From Obrimoposthia wandeli (lineage: Eukaryota): a DNA stretch of 64,000 nucleotides. This document shows, piece by piece, positions 32,988 to 43,172 of this stretch (its first letter is position 1; every line of letters starts with the position of its first letter). Below the pieces are notes generated by a model. It saw only the letters and a program-made list of their open reading frames with translations, was not told where the DNA came from and did not search any database. The position numbers and the translations under genes were made by a program. Where the stretch lies: contig CDROCS010003176.1 in the NCBI GenBank assembly GCA_977020255.1, positions 62,001-126,000 of the forward strand. Reading direction: 5' to 3'.

Positions 32988-33653
32988 ATGCAAATGAATA
33001 GTAAGCCATCATCTTGTCAATCACACCACGATAATCCGCTTATTTGGCCAATCATTACGCTGTTAAAAGAGAAACCAACAGGTTGGATGATCCACACTCT
33101 TTCAGATGAATTAAAACAGCGAGGTATACTATCAACGCTGGATAACGATCCTGAAAAAGATCTCTTTAAGCGCAACTTTCTATTGATGAATGCACTATAC
33201 CAATTGCAAGAAATGTTGTTACCAGAACAATGGCTACAAGCACAAGCCATGGACATTCAGCTCTCTCGTAACCTTAGCTCGAGTAATAATCAAATAGCGT
33301 TCAACGACCCACTGCGTGAATACTATTTAAATTGGTCAAACTACGATGCTGATACTGCAACGATTCAAAACTTACTGTCTTCTTTTTGGCACCGTTATCA
33401 AGATCATATTGGCATCCATTCTTCAAAAAACTCAACACAGAACCCATCAAGTTCACGGCACATTTTTCACACTATCAATCAACAAGATTTAATAACCTTA
33501 GAACTGAATATCGACGCAAAGCCTAGCGAGATTCGTCGTCAGTGGCGTAAGCTTGCATTACGATGGCACCCAGATAGACCTAATGGTGATGCGCATCAAT
33601 TCAGAACAATTTGCGAAGCATGGCAAAGAATACAAGAGCATTTGAATATCTAG
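32988..33653 (+). CDS. DnaJ-related protein with a C-terminal J domain
   Basis: LFKRNFLLMNALYQLQ and DPLREYYL N-terminal domain; WRKLALRWHPDR J-domain HPD motif. Confidence 0.88.
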   Translation: MQMNSKPSSCQSHHDNPLIWPIITLLKEKPTGWMIHTLSDELKQRGILSTLDNDPEKDLFKRNFLLMNALYQLQEMLLPEQWLQAQAMDIQLSRNLSSSNNQIAFNDPLREYYLNWSNYDADTATIQNLLSSFWHRYQDHIGIHSSKNSTQNPSSSRHIFHTINQQDLITLELNIDAKPSEIRRQWRKLALRWHPDRPNGDAHQFRTICEAWQRIQEHLNI

Positions 33654-33670
33654 GTCACTTGAATATCTAG
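33642..33670 (+). repeat. Direct duplication of the gene's last 12 nt (TTGAATATCTAG x2)
   Basis: 33642-33653 is repeated at 33659-33670. Confidence 0.7.
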
Positions 33671-33805
33671 CTTAGTAATACAACTCATTCGAATTTTTCT
33701 AATAAGCTGTTCACGTCTACCGTCTGTTAACTACTCCATCGTCGCTCTACACTGGTTGCATCACTCAGTTGAATTCAAAGTCTGAGTATCAGAACCGGAG
33801 GCCTT

Positions 33806-34651
33806 ATGGCGATTAGACGTATTAAACAGATTCTTCAATCACACCCATCATCTGATGGTGACGGTGTTAAAATTCAGCGTATTCATGGGTTTGATAACGG
33901 ACAGTTCTCTCCATTCCTAATGCTTGATGAACTTAAATCTGATACTCCAGATGATTACATTGGCGGCTTTCCACCACACCCTCATCGAGGAATTGAAACA
34001 TTAACCTATATGTTAAAAGGTCACTTTCAGCATAAAGACCATATGGGTAATACGGGCAAGTTACGTGATGGCGGTGCGCAATGGATGTCGGCAGGTCGCG
34101 GGGTTATTCACAGTGAAATGCCAATCATGTCTGACGGAAATCTGCATGGCTTTCAACTTTGGATAAACCTTCCTGCTACAAAAAAAATGCTACCCGCGCA
34201 ATATCATGATTTTCAGCCAGAAGAGATAACAGAAAAAGCATTTAATGCACAAAACCTGATTCGTGTGATTGCCGGTGATTTAACCATTAAAGGGGAAACC
34301 CTAACTGGTCCATTACAACAAACAGGTGTACCAACCACAATTGCTGATTGGCAAGCTGGCAGTGGTGAAACCTTCGGCAGCTGTTTAAACCCTGACTTCC
34401 AAGCCATGTTATATGTGTATAAAGGCGAAATTGACGTTGAAGGTACAACCGTTATTGCTGGGAAAATGGCCATTTTAGACCAAGGGGAAGGGTTAGCACT
34501 TTCTGCCCTCAAAGACAGTGGCGTATTATTACTTTCAGGTATTCCTATTGACGAGCCTGTTGTGCACTACGGGCCTTTCGTGATGAATACAATGGATGAA
34601 ATAAACCAAACGATTCAGGATTATCAAAACGGCACGTTAATTGATGGTTAA
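33806..34651 (+). CDS. Pirin-family protein
   Basis: PFLMLD, FPPHPHRGIETLTY, QWMSAGRGVIHSE, QLWINLP and YGPFVMN. Confidence 0.95.
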   Translation: MAIRRIKQILQSHPSSDGDGVKIQRIHGFDNGQFSPFLMLDELKSDTPDDYIGGFPPHPHRGIETLTYMLKGHFQHKDHMGNTGKLRDGGAQWMSAGRGVIHSEMPIMSDGNLHGFQLWINLPATKKMLPAQYHDFQPEEITEKAFNAQNLIRVIAGDLTIKGETLTGPLQQTGVPTTIADWQAGSGETFGSCLNPDFQAMLYVYKGEIDVEGTTVIAGKMAILDQGEGLALSALKDSGVLLLSGIPIDEPVVHYGPFVMNTMDEINQTIQDYQNGTLIDG

Positions 34652-34698
34652 TTGATTATTGAGGCGATCAATTCACAAGTACTGACGTACGTGGATAT

Positions 34699-34722
34699 AA
34701 AAAAGCCCACTGTCGTGGGCTT
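34699..34722. terminator. Terminator between pirin and the lipid A acyltransferase gene
   Basis: AAAAAAGCCCAC-TGTC-GTGGGCTT. Confidence 0.7.
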
Positions 34723-34762
34723 CTAAATTTAAAGCATATTAGATAGTTATACTCGATTGATA

Positions 34763-35695
34763 TTATTGCGTATATAAGCACGCTTCGCCTTCTGGGCGAG
34801 TTTTAAAGCGTCTGTGTAACCACATGTACTGTTCTGGTGCCTGCATAATTGAGCTTTCTACAATCTTATTGATAAAGGCTGCACCTTCTTCAGGATTTTT
34901 ATGAGGGAAACCTTCAACTGCCGGGTACATGGTTAACGTGTACTTACCAGAAGCGCTGTCTCGTACCATAGTAAAAGGGACAACGGCACAATCTGTCGCA
35001 TCCACTAATAAGCTCGTGCCGGTTGTTGTACATGCGTTATCAACGGCAAATAAAGGGGCAAACGTTGAACGACGGCGTCCGTAATCATGATCAGGTGCAT
35101 ACCAAACACGCTCACCACGGCGAAGAGAACGCAACATACCTTTCACGTCTTTTCGATCAATTAATGTACGGTTTGAACGCGCTCGACCTCGATACTGAAA
35201 AAAGTCATAACAAGGGTTACTGTTTGGGCGGTAAACACCAGTACCTGACATTTTAATACCAAAGGCACGTGCACCTAACTCAAGGTTCATAGAGTGTACT
35301 GCAACGAGTAATGCCCCCTTGCCTTCAGCTTCTAGCTTTTGCATATGCTCTAGGCCTTTGATATCAACGTGACGGTTAACACGTACATCAGGCCAAAACC
35401 AAGCCATTCCTGATTCGAACAACGCCAAACCTGTATTATCTATATTTTTCTTGATCATCACCTCACGTTCGTCTTTCGACATATTCGGGAAGCAAAGCTC
35501 TAAATTACGCTCAATGGTTTTACGGCGTTTTTTCATAAAACGCATTGCTAAGCGCCCTACACCTTGTCCCATTCGGTATTGAATAAAATAAGGTAACCAA
35601 CTAATGACATACATTAGCCCAACAAAGAATAGTGTTAGCCAATAACGTGGATGTAAAAGCGCTTTTGTAAATGTGGGAGGCGTAAAATTACTCAT
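34763..35695 (-). CDS. Lipid A late acyltransferase (LpxL/LpxP family)
   Basis: LLHPRYW, H-x4-E (HSMNLE), PDHDYG and PEQYMWLHRRFKTRP. Confidence 0.92.
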   Translation of the reverse strand: MSNFTPPTFTKALLHPRYWLTLFFVGLMYVISWLPYFIQYRMGQGVGRLAMRFMKKRRKTIERNLELCFPNMSKDEREVMIKKNIDNTGLALFESGMAWFWPDVRVNRHVDIKGLEHMQKLEAEGKGALLVAVHSMNLELGARAFGIKMSGTGVYRPNSNPCYDFFQYRGRARSNRTLIDRKDVKGMLRSLRRGERVWYAPDHDYGRRRSTFAPLFAVDNACTTTGTSLLVDATDCAVVPFTMVRDSASGKYTLTMYPAVEGFPHKNPEEGAAFINKIVESSIMQAPEQYMWLHRRFKTRPEGEACLYTQ

Positions 35696-35988
35696 AAATA
35701 AAAAAGTGAAACCTAGTTATATTTGTTATTTGGTATGCAACAGACAAGCACCCAAGCTGTTTTTTTGACGCTCAGCATTGTATTACCAATATTTGTATTG
35801 TGGAAGAAATAGCAGCCGTTAGTTACTTGAAGTGCTATGAAGGCGTCACTTTGTGGCGAAAAGAACACATTTTATGATAAAAATTAAACAATTTACACTT
35901 ATTGATTTACAGGCTCTAATTTGCAATATAAAAAACGAGCCATGAACAATCATGACTCGCTTCAAGTGAATTTTTCATCGCTTGTTAT

Positions 35989-36570
35989 TTAAAAACCTTC
36001 AACCCCTTTCATTTCTGGTAAATGGTGCGCAATACCTTTATGACAATCTATGCACGTTTTACTACCATCGGCGAGCGCCGTTGAATGTTGCTTTGAAGCA
36101 CGCATTGATTGGCGAGTAAAATCCATATAGACAAATTCATGGCAATTACGACACTCTAATGAATCGTTCTTTTTCATCCGAGTCCATTCTCGTTCAGCCA
36201 TTTCACGCCGCCGAGCTTCGAATTTTTCAGGGGTCGATATTGCTCCAGTAAGCCAAGCGAACACTTCTTTAGAAGCCTGCATCTTACGCGCCATTTTATC
36301 GGTCCAATCATGCGGTACATGGCAATCAGAACAAATAGCACGAACACCGGTACGGTTCGTAAAGTGAATCGTACTTTGTATTTCTTGGTACACATCATTT
36401 TGATGACAACTGGCACAGAACTTTTCTGTATTGGTTAATTCCATTCCCGTATTAAATGCCCCCCAAAAAACGATCCCTGCAATAAATCCGCCTAACGTTA
36501 AAAAGCCAAGGCTAAAATACTTAGGGGGGGTTCTAATAACGCTCCACCACTTTTTAATCCACTTCCACAT
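35989..36570 (-). CDS. napC: NapC tetrahaem cytochrome c
   Basis: N-terminal TM helix; four CxxCH motifs (CASCH, CSDCH, CRNCH, CIDCH). Confidence 0.96.
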   Translation of the reverse strand: MWKWIKKWWSVIRTPPKYFSLGFLTLGGFIAGIVFWGAFNTGMELTNTEKFCASCHQNDVYQEIQSTIHFTNRTGVRAICSDCHVPHDWTDKMARKMQASKEVFAWLTGAISTPEKFEARRREMAEREWTRMKKNDSLECRNCHEFVYMDFTRQSMRASKQHSTALADGSKTCIDCHKGIAHHLPEMKGVEGF

Positions 36571-36583
36571 ACTGGTTTCTCCC

Positions 36584-37045
36584 TCACTGCTCTTGACCGA
36601 TTAACGAGTCAAGATCGGTAAAATCAGTATCCACCAGCAATTTGGCATCTGATTGCGTTACATGGCACTGTTGGCAAAAATAACGTCTAGGAGACAGTTC
36701 AGCCAAAAAATTACCATCACGATCCATGAAATGGGTCACGCTGATCATGGTGGCTTGCGTTTCTGCCACGCGACTTCTTGCATGGCAAGACATGCATTTA
36801 TTCGCCTTTATATCGACCTGATAATTATCGATTTTATGAGGGATAAGTGGAGGCTGCATAGGGTAGCTACGCGCAGGTATTATATCTGTATTGAGCGTTT
36901 TGCTCATGGGTGGCGGAGTTGGTTCTTGGTTTAGCGGTGCTTTTCTGAGTGTCGCTAAATCAGAATCAACGGTTGCGGCTACGCTTACCGTTATTCCTAC
37001 AATCGCTACCGCCGAGAATAAAATCGCCGACATTAATCGTTTCAT
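36584..37045 (-). CDS. napB: NapB dihaem cytochrome c
   Basis: Signal peptide; QPPLIPH, CMSCH and RRYFCQQCH. Confidence 0.96.
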   Translation of the reverse strand: MKRLMSAILFSAVAIVGITVSVAATVDSDLATLRKAPLNQEPTPPPMSKTLNTDIIPARSYPMQPPLIPHKIDNYQVDIKANKCMSCHARSRVAETQATMISVTHFMDRDGNFLAELSPRRYFCQQCHVTQSDAKLLVDTDFTDLDSLIGQEQ

Positions 37046-37057
37046 CGTTATTCCTCC

Positions 37058-39550
37058 TTATGCCTTCACAATCTTAACTGCACATTTCTTGAAGTCAGTT
37101 TGCTTAGACAACGGATCGGTTGCATCCAGTGTCACCTTGTTAATGAGTTGACTAGCATCAAACCATGGAACAAAAACCAAACCTATTGGCGGCTTATTTC
37201 TACCTCGCGTTTCTACCCGTGTAATAATCTCACCACGGCGAGAGACCACTTTTACTTCGTCACCACGGCGTAAACCTCGCGATTTTGCATCGTCAGGGTG
37301 CATAAATACTTGTGCATCGGGGTATGCTTTAAACAATTCAGGCACCCGTTGAGTCATTGAACCTGAATGCCAATGCTCAATAACCCTACCGGTACTTAAC
37401 CACATGTCATATTCTTCATCTGGACTTTCTGCCGGCGGCTCATACGGTAATGCGAAGATAATCGCCTTACCATCTGGTTTACCGTAAAACTCAAAACCAG
37501 CCCCTTCTTTCACATAAGGATCTGAGCCTTCGCGATAACGCCATAAGGTTTCTTTACCATCAACCACCGGCCAACGTAGACCACGTGTTTCGTGATACAT
37601 ATCGAAGGGGGCTAAATCGTGCCCATGCCCACGACCAAACTCGGCATATTCTTCAAATAAACCTTTTTGAACATAGAAACCATAATAGTTAGCTTCATCG
37701 TTCAACTTTCCTTCAGCAAGATCGCTAAGCGGGTATTTATTTACGTTGCCGTTGATATACAGAACATCGAATAATGTTTTGCCTTTGTAATCTGGGTTGG
37801 CATCAAGTAATTCTTTTGGCCAAACCTCATCGGTTGTAAAGCGCTTTGAAAACTCCATTAGCTGCCAAAGATCTGATTCTGATTCTCCTGGTGCTTCCAC
37901 CATTTGGTGCCAAAGTTGGGTTCTTCGCTCAGCATTACCGTACCCACCTTCTTTTTCTACCCACATTGATGTTGGTAAAACTAAATCAGCAGCTTGTGAT
38001 GTTACGGTTGGATAAGCTTCTGAAACCACAATAAAATTGTCTGGATTACGGTAACCCGGCAATGTTTCTTCATTTATGTTGGCACCTGCTTGCAGGTTAT
38101 TATTCACTTGGATCCAATACGCATTGATCTTACCGTCTTTCAACATTCGAGATTGCAATACCGCATGCGCCCCCACCTTGCCGGGTATTGTGCCATCAGG
38201 TAGTTTCCAAATTTTTTCTGCCGTTTTACGGTGTTCAGGATTAGTAACCACTAAATCAGCGGGTAATCGATGAGCAAAAGTACCGACTTCACGTGCTGTA
38301 CCACAGGCTGATGGCTGGCCTGTTAGAGAGAATGGGCTGTTACCCGGGGTAGATATCTTCCCCGTTAATAGGTGAATGTTATAAATCAAATTATTACACC
38401 ATACTCCGCGAGTATGTTGATTGAACCCCATGGTCCAGAACGAGGTAACTTTGATCTCTGGATTTGCATAAAGTTCGGCAAGTTCAATCAATTTCTCTTG
38501 TTTTACACCAGACATTTCACTGGCTTTTTCAACCGTATATTCCGACACGAACTCTTTGAACTCTTCAAATGTCATTGGTGTTGAATCACCGCTATCTGGA
38601 TTCTTAGCCGCTTGCTGTAGTGGGTTTTCAGGGCGTAGTCCATAACCAATGTCGGTTGCTCCACGTCTAAAGTTTACATGCTTAGAGGTGAAGTCTTTAT
38701 TAACCTTGTCGTTAGTAATAATGTAATTAGCAATAAAATTCAAAATGGCTAAATCAGATTGGGGAGTAAATATAATAGGAAGATCAGCCAGCTCAAAACT
38801 GCGATGTTCAAACGTAGATAACACTGCCACTTTCACATCTGGTACAGATAAACGACGATCTGTTACTCGTGTCCACAATATGGGGTGCATTTCTGCCATA
38901 TTAGAACCCCATAAAACAAACGCATCGGCTGCTTCTATATCATCGTAACAGCCCATAGGTTCATCAATACCAAAGGTCCGAATAAAACCAACAACCGCTG
39001 ATGCCATACAGTGCCTAGCATTCGGTTCAAGGTTATTTGAACGAAAGCCAGCTTTCATTAGTTTAGAAGCCGCGTAGCCTTCATAAATCGTCCACTGACC
39101 AGAACCAAACATGCCTATTGCTTCTGGCCCTTTTTCTTTTAATGTTTTCTTCCACTTCTCAGCCATGATATCAAACGCTTGATCCCAGCTGATTGGGGAG
39201 AATTCACCATTTTTATCATACTTGCCATCAGTCATTCTCAACAGTGGCTGTGTTAGGCGATCTTGCCCATACATGATTTTTGATAAAAAATAGCCTTTTA
39301 CGCAATTCAATCCACGATTAACAGGAGATTTAATGTCGCCATGTGTGGCAACCACTTTACCTTCTTTGGTGCCGACGTTTACCGAACAACCTGTTCCACA
39401 AAAACGACAAGGTGCTTTTTCCCATGTTAGCTTCGTCATTGAAGCATCAGTAACAACATTACTAGCACTTATCGGTATCGATATGCCTGCCGCAGCAGCT
39501 GCCGAGGCAACAGCCTGTGCTTTAATAAACTTCCGTCGAGAAACTTTCAT
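37058..39550 (-). CDS. napA: Periplasmic nitrate reductase catalytic subunit
   Basis: Tat signal SRRKFIK; CRFCGTGC...C [4Fe-4S] motif; NARHCMASA; [13 protein letters not shown]. Confidence 0.98.
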   Translation of the reverse strand: MKVSRRKFIKAQAVASAAAAAGISIPISASNVVTDASMTKLTWEKAPCRFCGTGCSVNVGTKEGKVVATHGDIKSPVNRGLNCVKGYFLSKIMYGQDRLTQPLLRMTDGKYDKNGEFSPISWDQAFDIMAEKWKKTLKEKGPEAIGMFGSGQWTIYEGYAASKLMKAGFRSNNLEPNARHCMASAVVGFIRTFGIDEPMGCYDDIEAADAFVLWGSNMAEMHPILWTRVTDRRLSVPDVKVAVLSTFEHRSFELADLPIIFTPQSDLAILNFIANYIITNDKVNKDFTSKHVNFRRGATDIGYGLRPENPLQQAAKNPDSGDSTPMTFEEFKEFVSEYTVEKASEMSGVKQEKLIELAELYANPEIKVTSFWTMGFNQHTRGVWCNNLIYNIHLLTGKISTPGNSPFSLTGQPSACGTAREVGTFAHRLPADLVVTNPEHRKTAEKIWKLPDGTIPGKVGAHAVLQSRMLKDGKINAYWIQVNNNLQAGANINEETLPGYRNPDNFIVVSEAYPTVTSQAADLVLPTSMWVEKEGGYGNAERRTQLWHQMVEAPGESESDLWQLMEFSKRFTTDEVWPKELLDANPDYKGKTLFDVLYINGNVNKYPLSDLAEGKLNDEANYYGFYVQKGLFEEYAEFGRGHGHDLAPFDMYHETRGLRWPVVDGKETLWRYREGSDPYVKEGAGFEFYGKPDGKAIIFALPYEPPAESPDEEYDMWLSTGRVIEHWHSGSMTQRVPELFKAYPDAQVFMHPDDAKSRGLRRGDEVKVVSRRGEIITRVETRGRNKPPIGLVFVPWFDASQLINKVTLDATDPLSKQTDFKKCAVKIVKA

Positions 39551-39618
39551 TATTACCTCTCCAGCGTTACCCGTTTGTTACTTCATTTATGGCATCTATA
39601 GCGTGATTACATCACTAC

Positions 39619-39756
39619 TCAACCCGATACAACTTGTAGGAACCACACAAAGAAGCCATAGCCACCAACAGCAGCAAAAGCCAGAGTTGGAAATAAAATA
39701 ACAGTGATAAAAATAAAGGCTTTAAGTTCGATGCGACGTTGGCTTTCATGTTCCAT
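39619..39756 (-). CDS. napE: NapE (45 aa; below the ORF-track cutoff)
   Basis: Hand translation MEHESQRRIELKAFIFITVILFPTLAFAAVGGYGFFVWFLQVVSG*, GGAG RBS; NapE-type ...FP...GGYGF.VW..Q signature. Confidence 0.88.
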   Translation of the reverse strand: MEHESQRRIELKAFIFITVILFPTLAFAAVGGYGFFVWFLQVVSG

Positions 39757-40029
39757 ACGTCTACTCCGTGTTCATTGAGTTACTGTTAACTCTAGTCATA
39801 GATGAGAATTTTGATAAGTAAGTGACAAAAGATTCACAACAACTGTCTGTATCTCATTACTAATAAAACGAATAGTTGAACAATCAATACAATTTTCACG
39901 ACATAAATTGAAATAATTGCCAATACAAGCAGAAGGTAATTGATGCTATTATTTATATATCATTCAGATATATAGTAATTTTTGCTCTTAACGTTAAAGG
40001 CAAATATTCTAAAAGGACGTTAAATTTCC

Positions 40030-40323
40030 ATGACAATCAGCAAAACAAAATCAAGTTATTATCGTCGCCTATACGTTGCGCACTTAATTGAAACCGGTAT
40101 TGCAAGTGTGCCTGCACTTATTGAATACACTGGTATGCCGCGTCGTACAGCCCAAGATACGATAAAAAGCCTTGCGGAATTAGATATCGAATGTGTTTTT
40201 CAACAAACAAAAGGCGAACGTAACCACAGCGGTCACTACACAATTACTAACTGGGGTGCTATTAATAAACGGTGGATTAAAGAAAACTTAACGGATATTA
40301 AAGCAGCGTTAGATTATCCATAA
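40030..40323 (+). CDS. Small winged-HTH protein
   Basis: SYYRRLYVAHLI...TGMPRRTAQDTI...GHYTITNWGAI. Confidence 0.8.
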   Translation: MTISKTKSSYYRRLYVAHLIETGIASVPALIEYTGMPRRTAQDTIKSLAELDIECVFQQTKGERNHSGHYTITNWGAINKRWIKENLTDIKAALDYP

Positions 40324-40423
40324 AGTGCGCTTGCTCATCATTTGTCTTTACGCCTTTACATCACCTCGGCATAATTGCGCGCAATAATCCTCATCGATTT
40401 ATCTTCGACAAACGGAATGACTC

Positions 40424-41506
40424 TTGGAATTACTATCAATTGATTTTCTTGGCCAGCCTTTACGAATTGAAGGTTCTATGGCTGGTTGGCAACAGCTGTT
40501 TTGGAACAATACTTTAGTTTCACAGCTTAATGCAAATACCAACCATAACGATAAGCACCTGCATGAATTTGAACTGACTAATGGCGATAGCGTCATTAAA
40601 TGCAGTGTAGAAGTGAACCTTAGCTGGCAACCTTTTTTAGTTGAATACAAAGCCACAGCCAATGATCAGCTCGTTGTCGATGGCTCGCGTAATGAGAAAG
40701 ACATTGAGCAACAAAAACCGCAAGCTACCCCAAAAGCAGAGCGCCGTTTCAGCTTAATTGGCCTTGCATCATTGGGCATGAAAGCACTGAAAAGTGCGAA
40801 ATTGATTAAAGTCGTATTAGCATCGGCCAGCCTTGCCGCTTATTCATGGTTATTTTCAATTCAGTTCGCCTTAGCATTACTGGCTTGCTTAGTGTTTCAC
40901 GAGTACGGTCATATTCGTGCGATGAAGTTCTTTGGTATGAAAACAAAAGGCATTTACTTAATCCCGTTTTTTGGTGGTTTGGCATTAAGTGATGAAAAAA
41001 TTAACACCCGTTGGCAAGATGTTGTTATCTCCATTATGGGGCCGCTATTTGGCCTAATCATGTCAGTTGTTTGCGTGATTGCCTATTGGGTAACCGATAA
41101 CATGTTCTTTGCTGGGCTTGCTGTTTTCAATGCCCTATTAAACTTATTCAACCTGCTACCTATTCTGCCTTTAGATGGTGGGCATGTACTTAAAAGCATC
41201 AGTTTTTCGATGAACAGTAAAGTGGGTATCGCGTTATGCCTATCTGCTGCGATTGGTGGTGTGGTATTAAGCTATACATTAGGTTTAACGTTATTCGGTT
41301 TCTTATTAATTATGGGCTGTGTAGAAATTCTATTTGAATGGAAGCATCGCCATCACAGCCATTTATTACCCTTAGATCGCTATGGTCAAATTTTCTCGTT
41401 TGCTTGGTATGTCGGCTTAGTGAGTTCACTTATCGGCATAATATGGTACTTCGCGAGCACAGGTGATGAGCTACTACGTTTACCAATGCAGATCTTAGGG
41501 ACTTAA
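40424..41506 (+). CDS. Site-2 protease (M50) family membrane metalloprotease
   Basis: HEYGH zinc motif, FNLLPILPLDGG and multiple TM helices. Confidence 0.92.
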   Translation: MELLSIDFLGQPLRIEGSMAGWQQLFWNNTLVSQLNANTNHNDKHLHEFELTNGDSVIKCSVEVNLSWQPFLVEYKATANDQLVVDGSRNEKDIEQQKPQATPKAERRFSLIGLASLGMKALKSAKLIKVVLASASLAAYSWLFSIQFALALLACLVFHEYGHIRAMKFFGMKTKGIYLIPFFGGLALSDEKINTRWQDVVISIMGPLFGLIMSVVCVIAYWVTDNMFFAGLAVFNALLNLFNLLPILPLDGGHVLKSISFSMNSKVGIALCLSAAIGGVVLSYTLGLTLFGFLLIMGCVEILFEWKHRHHSHLLPLDRYGQIFSFAWYVGLVSSLIGIIWYFASTGDELLRLPMQILGT

Positions 41507-41572
41507 GCCTAAAGCTGGATTGAAGCAATACTTAGCGGCTGAGCGACAAAATCAAAATACTTTAAAATGCCT

Positions 41573-41611
41573 AAAAAAAGAGCGGTGCTTGTAATAAGCC
41601 CCGCTCTTTTT
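41573..41611. terminator. Bidirectional terminator
   Basis: AAAAAGAGCGG...CCGCTCTTTTT. Confidence 0.8.
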
Positions 41612-41661
41612 GTCTTTACAGCTAATAACGAATGTTTAATCACTCGCTATCATGCCTAAAT

Positions 41662-42015
41662 TTATTTTTTCTTGTTCATCATTGCTTTTAAATCAGCAAA
41701 TGGATTAAACGTCGCAGCTTGGTGATCATCTTCACCCGCAACAATAACACTGCCACTTTGTTGATCGTGTTCAGTGTATTTTTCATGTTCATGATCGTGA
41801 CAGAAAAGACACAATAATTCCCAGTTACTACCGTCTTGAGGATTATTGGTATGATCATGATCCATGTGGTGAACGGTTAGTTCACGCAAGTTAGAATAAA
41901 CAAATTCACGAGAACAACGTCCACATACCCAAGGGTAAATTTTTAGCGCTTTTTCTCGGTAACCTTGCTCTTGACGAGCATAGCTGGCACTTGTGCCATA
42001 ATGATCAGACGACAT
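41662..42015 (-). CDS. yajD: YajD-family HNH nuclease
   Basis: YREKALKIYPWVCGRC...TVHHMDHDH.NN...NWELLCLFCHDHEH. Confidence 0.9.
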   Translation of the reverse strand: MSSDHYGTSASYARQEQGYREKALKIYPWVCGRCSREFVYSNLRELTVHHMDHDHTNNPQDGSNWELLCLFCHDHEHEKYTEHDQQSGSVIVAGEDDHQAATFNPFADLKAMMNKKK

Positions 42016-42325
42016 ATCTCAACCTGTTATTTCTTTAATCAACTCTATTTAGCATAAATACAAATCACTGTTTTTAGCAATACTCATCAAAACAGCACCC
42101 GAAATGCATTCATACTAACCAGTAATATCCCCATTGAAACACTGACACGGGTAGTAGTGCAATACAGAAGTCACAAGGATCTAGCGATAGTCACAGACAC
42201 AAGTAAAAATACGATGTTCAATGATGAAAAAATCACCCATATTTCATCTAAAAATGAATAATCACCACGTATATCTATTGGCTTTTTATTGGGTTTAGAA
42301 GTCTAACAAAATCAACATCAAGCTA

Positions 42326-42455
42326 TGACATAGTTATGTCAATCTCGTGATTGGTTGTAAAATAGACTAAGACACCGATTCTTATTAGTTTTGGGACAAA
42401 AATTGCTGTTCGATTAGATGTAATGCAATGCTGTTATGGTATTATTTGTCCCAAA
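42326..42455 (+). promoter_or_regulatory. Promoter region of the DUF2760-Hsp70 operon: palindrome, extended -10 element and inverted repeat
   Basis: TGACATA-GT-TATGTCA (42326-42341); TG-G-TATTAT (42437-42445); TTTGGGACAAA (42390-42400) / TTTGTCCCAAA (42445-42455). Confidence 0.5.
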
Positions 42456-42500
42456 TTGTTCATAGTGAATCGATTTTTCACTGTTAAGAGTAAACGAATT

Positions 42501-43172
42501 ATGGCTTTTGATTTTTCTAGTATGACTGTTGATCTGTCAACGATGCCAACCACGATTGACTTAGGTCATGCTTGGTTAGGCGGTTTAGTTTTGGTTTTAT
42601 TGGTGCTGTATATTGCTAAAAAAGGCAAGCCAGTAGAAGTGGAAAAGATTGTTGAAAAGCAAGTCGAAGTAGAGAAAATCGTAGAGGTTGAAAAACCTGT
42701 CGAAAAGATTGTTGAGAAGATCGTCGAAATCCCAGTAGAAAAAATCGTTGAAGTTGAGAAGATTGTTGAAGTTGAACCAAAACTAAAAACATCAACACCT
42801 GATGCTGCACTTCAACTGCTTTCACTGCTTCAACAAGAAGCTCGCTTTATTGATTTTATGCAAGAAGACCTAAAAGGCTTCACCGATGCAGAAATCGGAG
42901 CTGCTGCCCGTGTTATTCACGAAGGCGGTCATAAAGTACTAAACGAATACTTTAGTTTTGCCCCAATCCGTTCAGAAGACGAAGAGAGCCGTATCTCACT
43001 ACCTGCTGGCTTCAATGCATCAGAAGTACGCCTTACAGGTAACGTTGTTGGCGAAGCTCCATTTAATGGCACCCTAATACACCGTGGTTGGAAAGTGACT
43101 AATGTTAAACTGCCTAAACTAGCAGAAGGTCACGATGTACGTATCGTAGCAGCCGCTGAGGTAGAATTATAA
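42501..43172 (+). CDS. DUF2760-family protein with an N-terminal TM helix and EKIVE repeats
   Basis: ALQLLSLLQQEARFIDF...IGAAARVIH...GTLIHRGW; stop overlaps the next ATG (TAATG). Confidence 0.85.
   Translation: MAFDFSSMTVDLSTMPTTIDLGHAWLGGLVLVLLVLYIAKKGKPVEVEKIVEKQVEVEKIVEVEKPVEKIVEKIVEIPVEKIVEVEKIVEVEPKLKTSTPDAALQLLSLLQQEARFIDFMQEDLKGFTDAEIGAAARVIHEGGHKVLNEYFSFAPIRSEDEESRISLPAGFNASEVRLTGNVVGEAPFNGTLIHRGWKVTNVKLPKLAEGHDVRIVAAAEVEL
42630..42779 (+). repeat. Coding low-complexity repeat, 50 aa with six EKIVE units
   Basis: PVEVEKIVEKQVEVEKIVEVEKPVEKIVEKIVEIPVEKIVEVEKIVEVEP, synonymous codons vary between units. Confidence 0.95.

Noticed and set aside
39333-39701. 122-aa + strand ORF as a NapD candidate
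   Set aside because: It is on the wrong strand and is the antisense shadow of napA and napE.
42120-42140. Sigma32 promoter (CCCCAT) for the Hsp70 operon
   Set aside because: No CTTGAA -35 element at the right spacing, and it lies far from the start codon.
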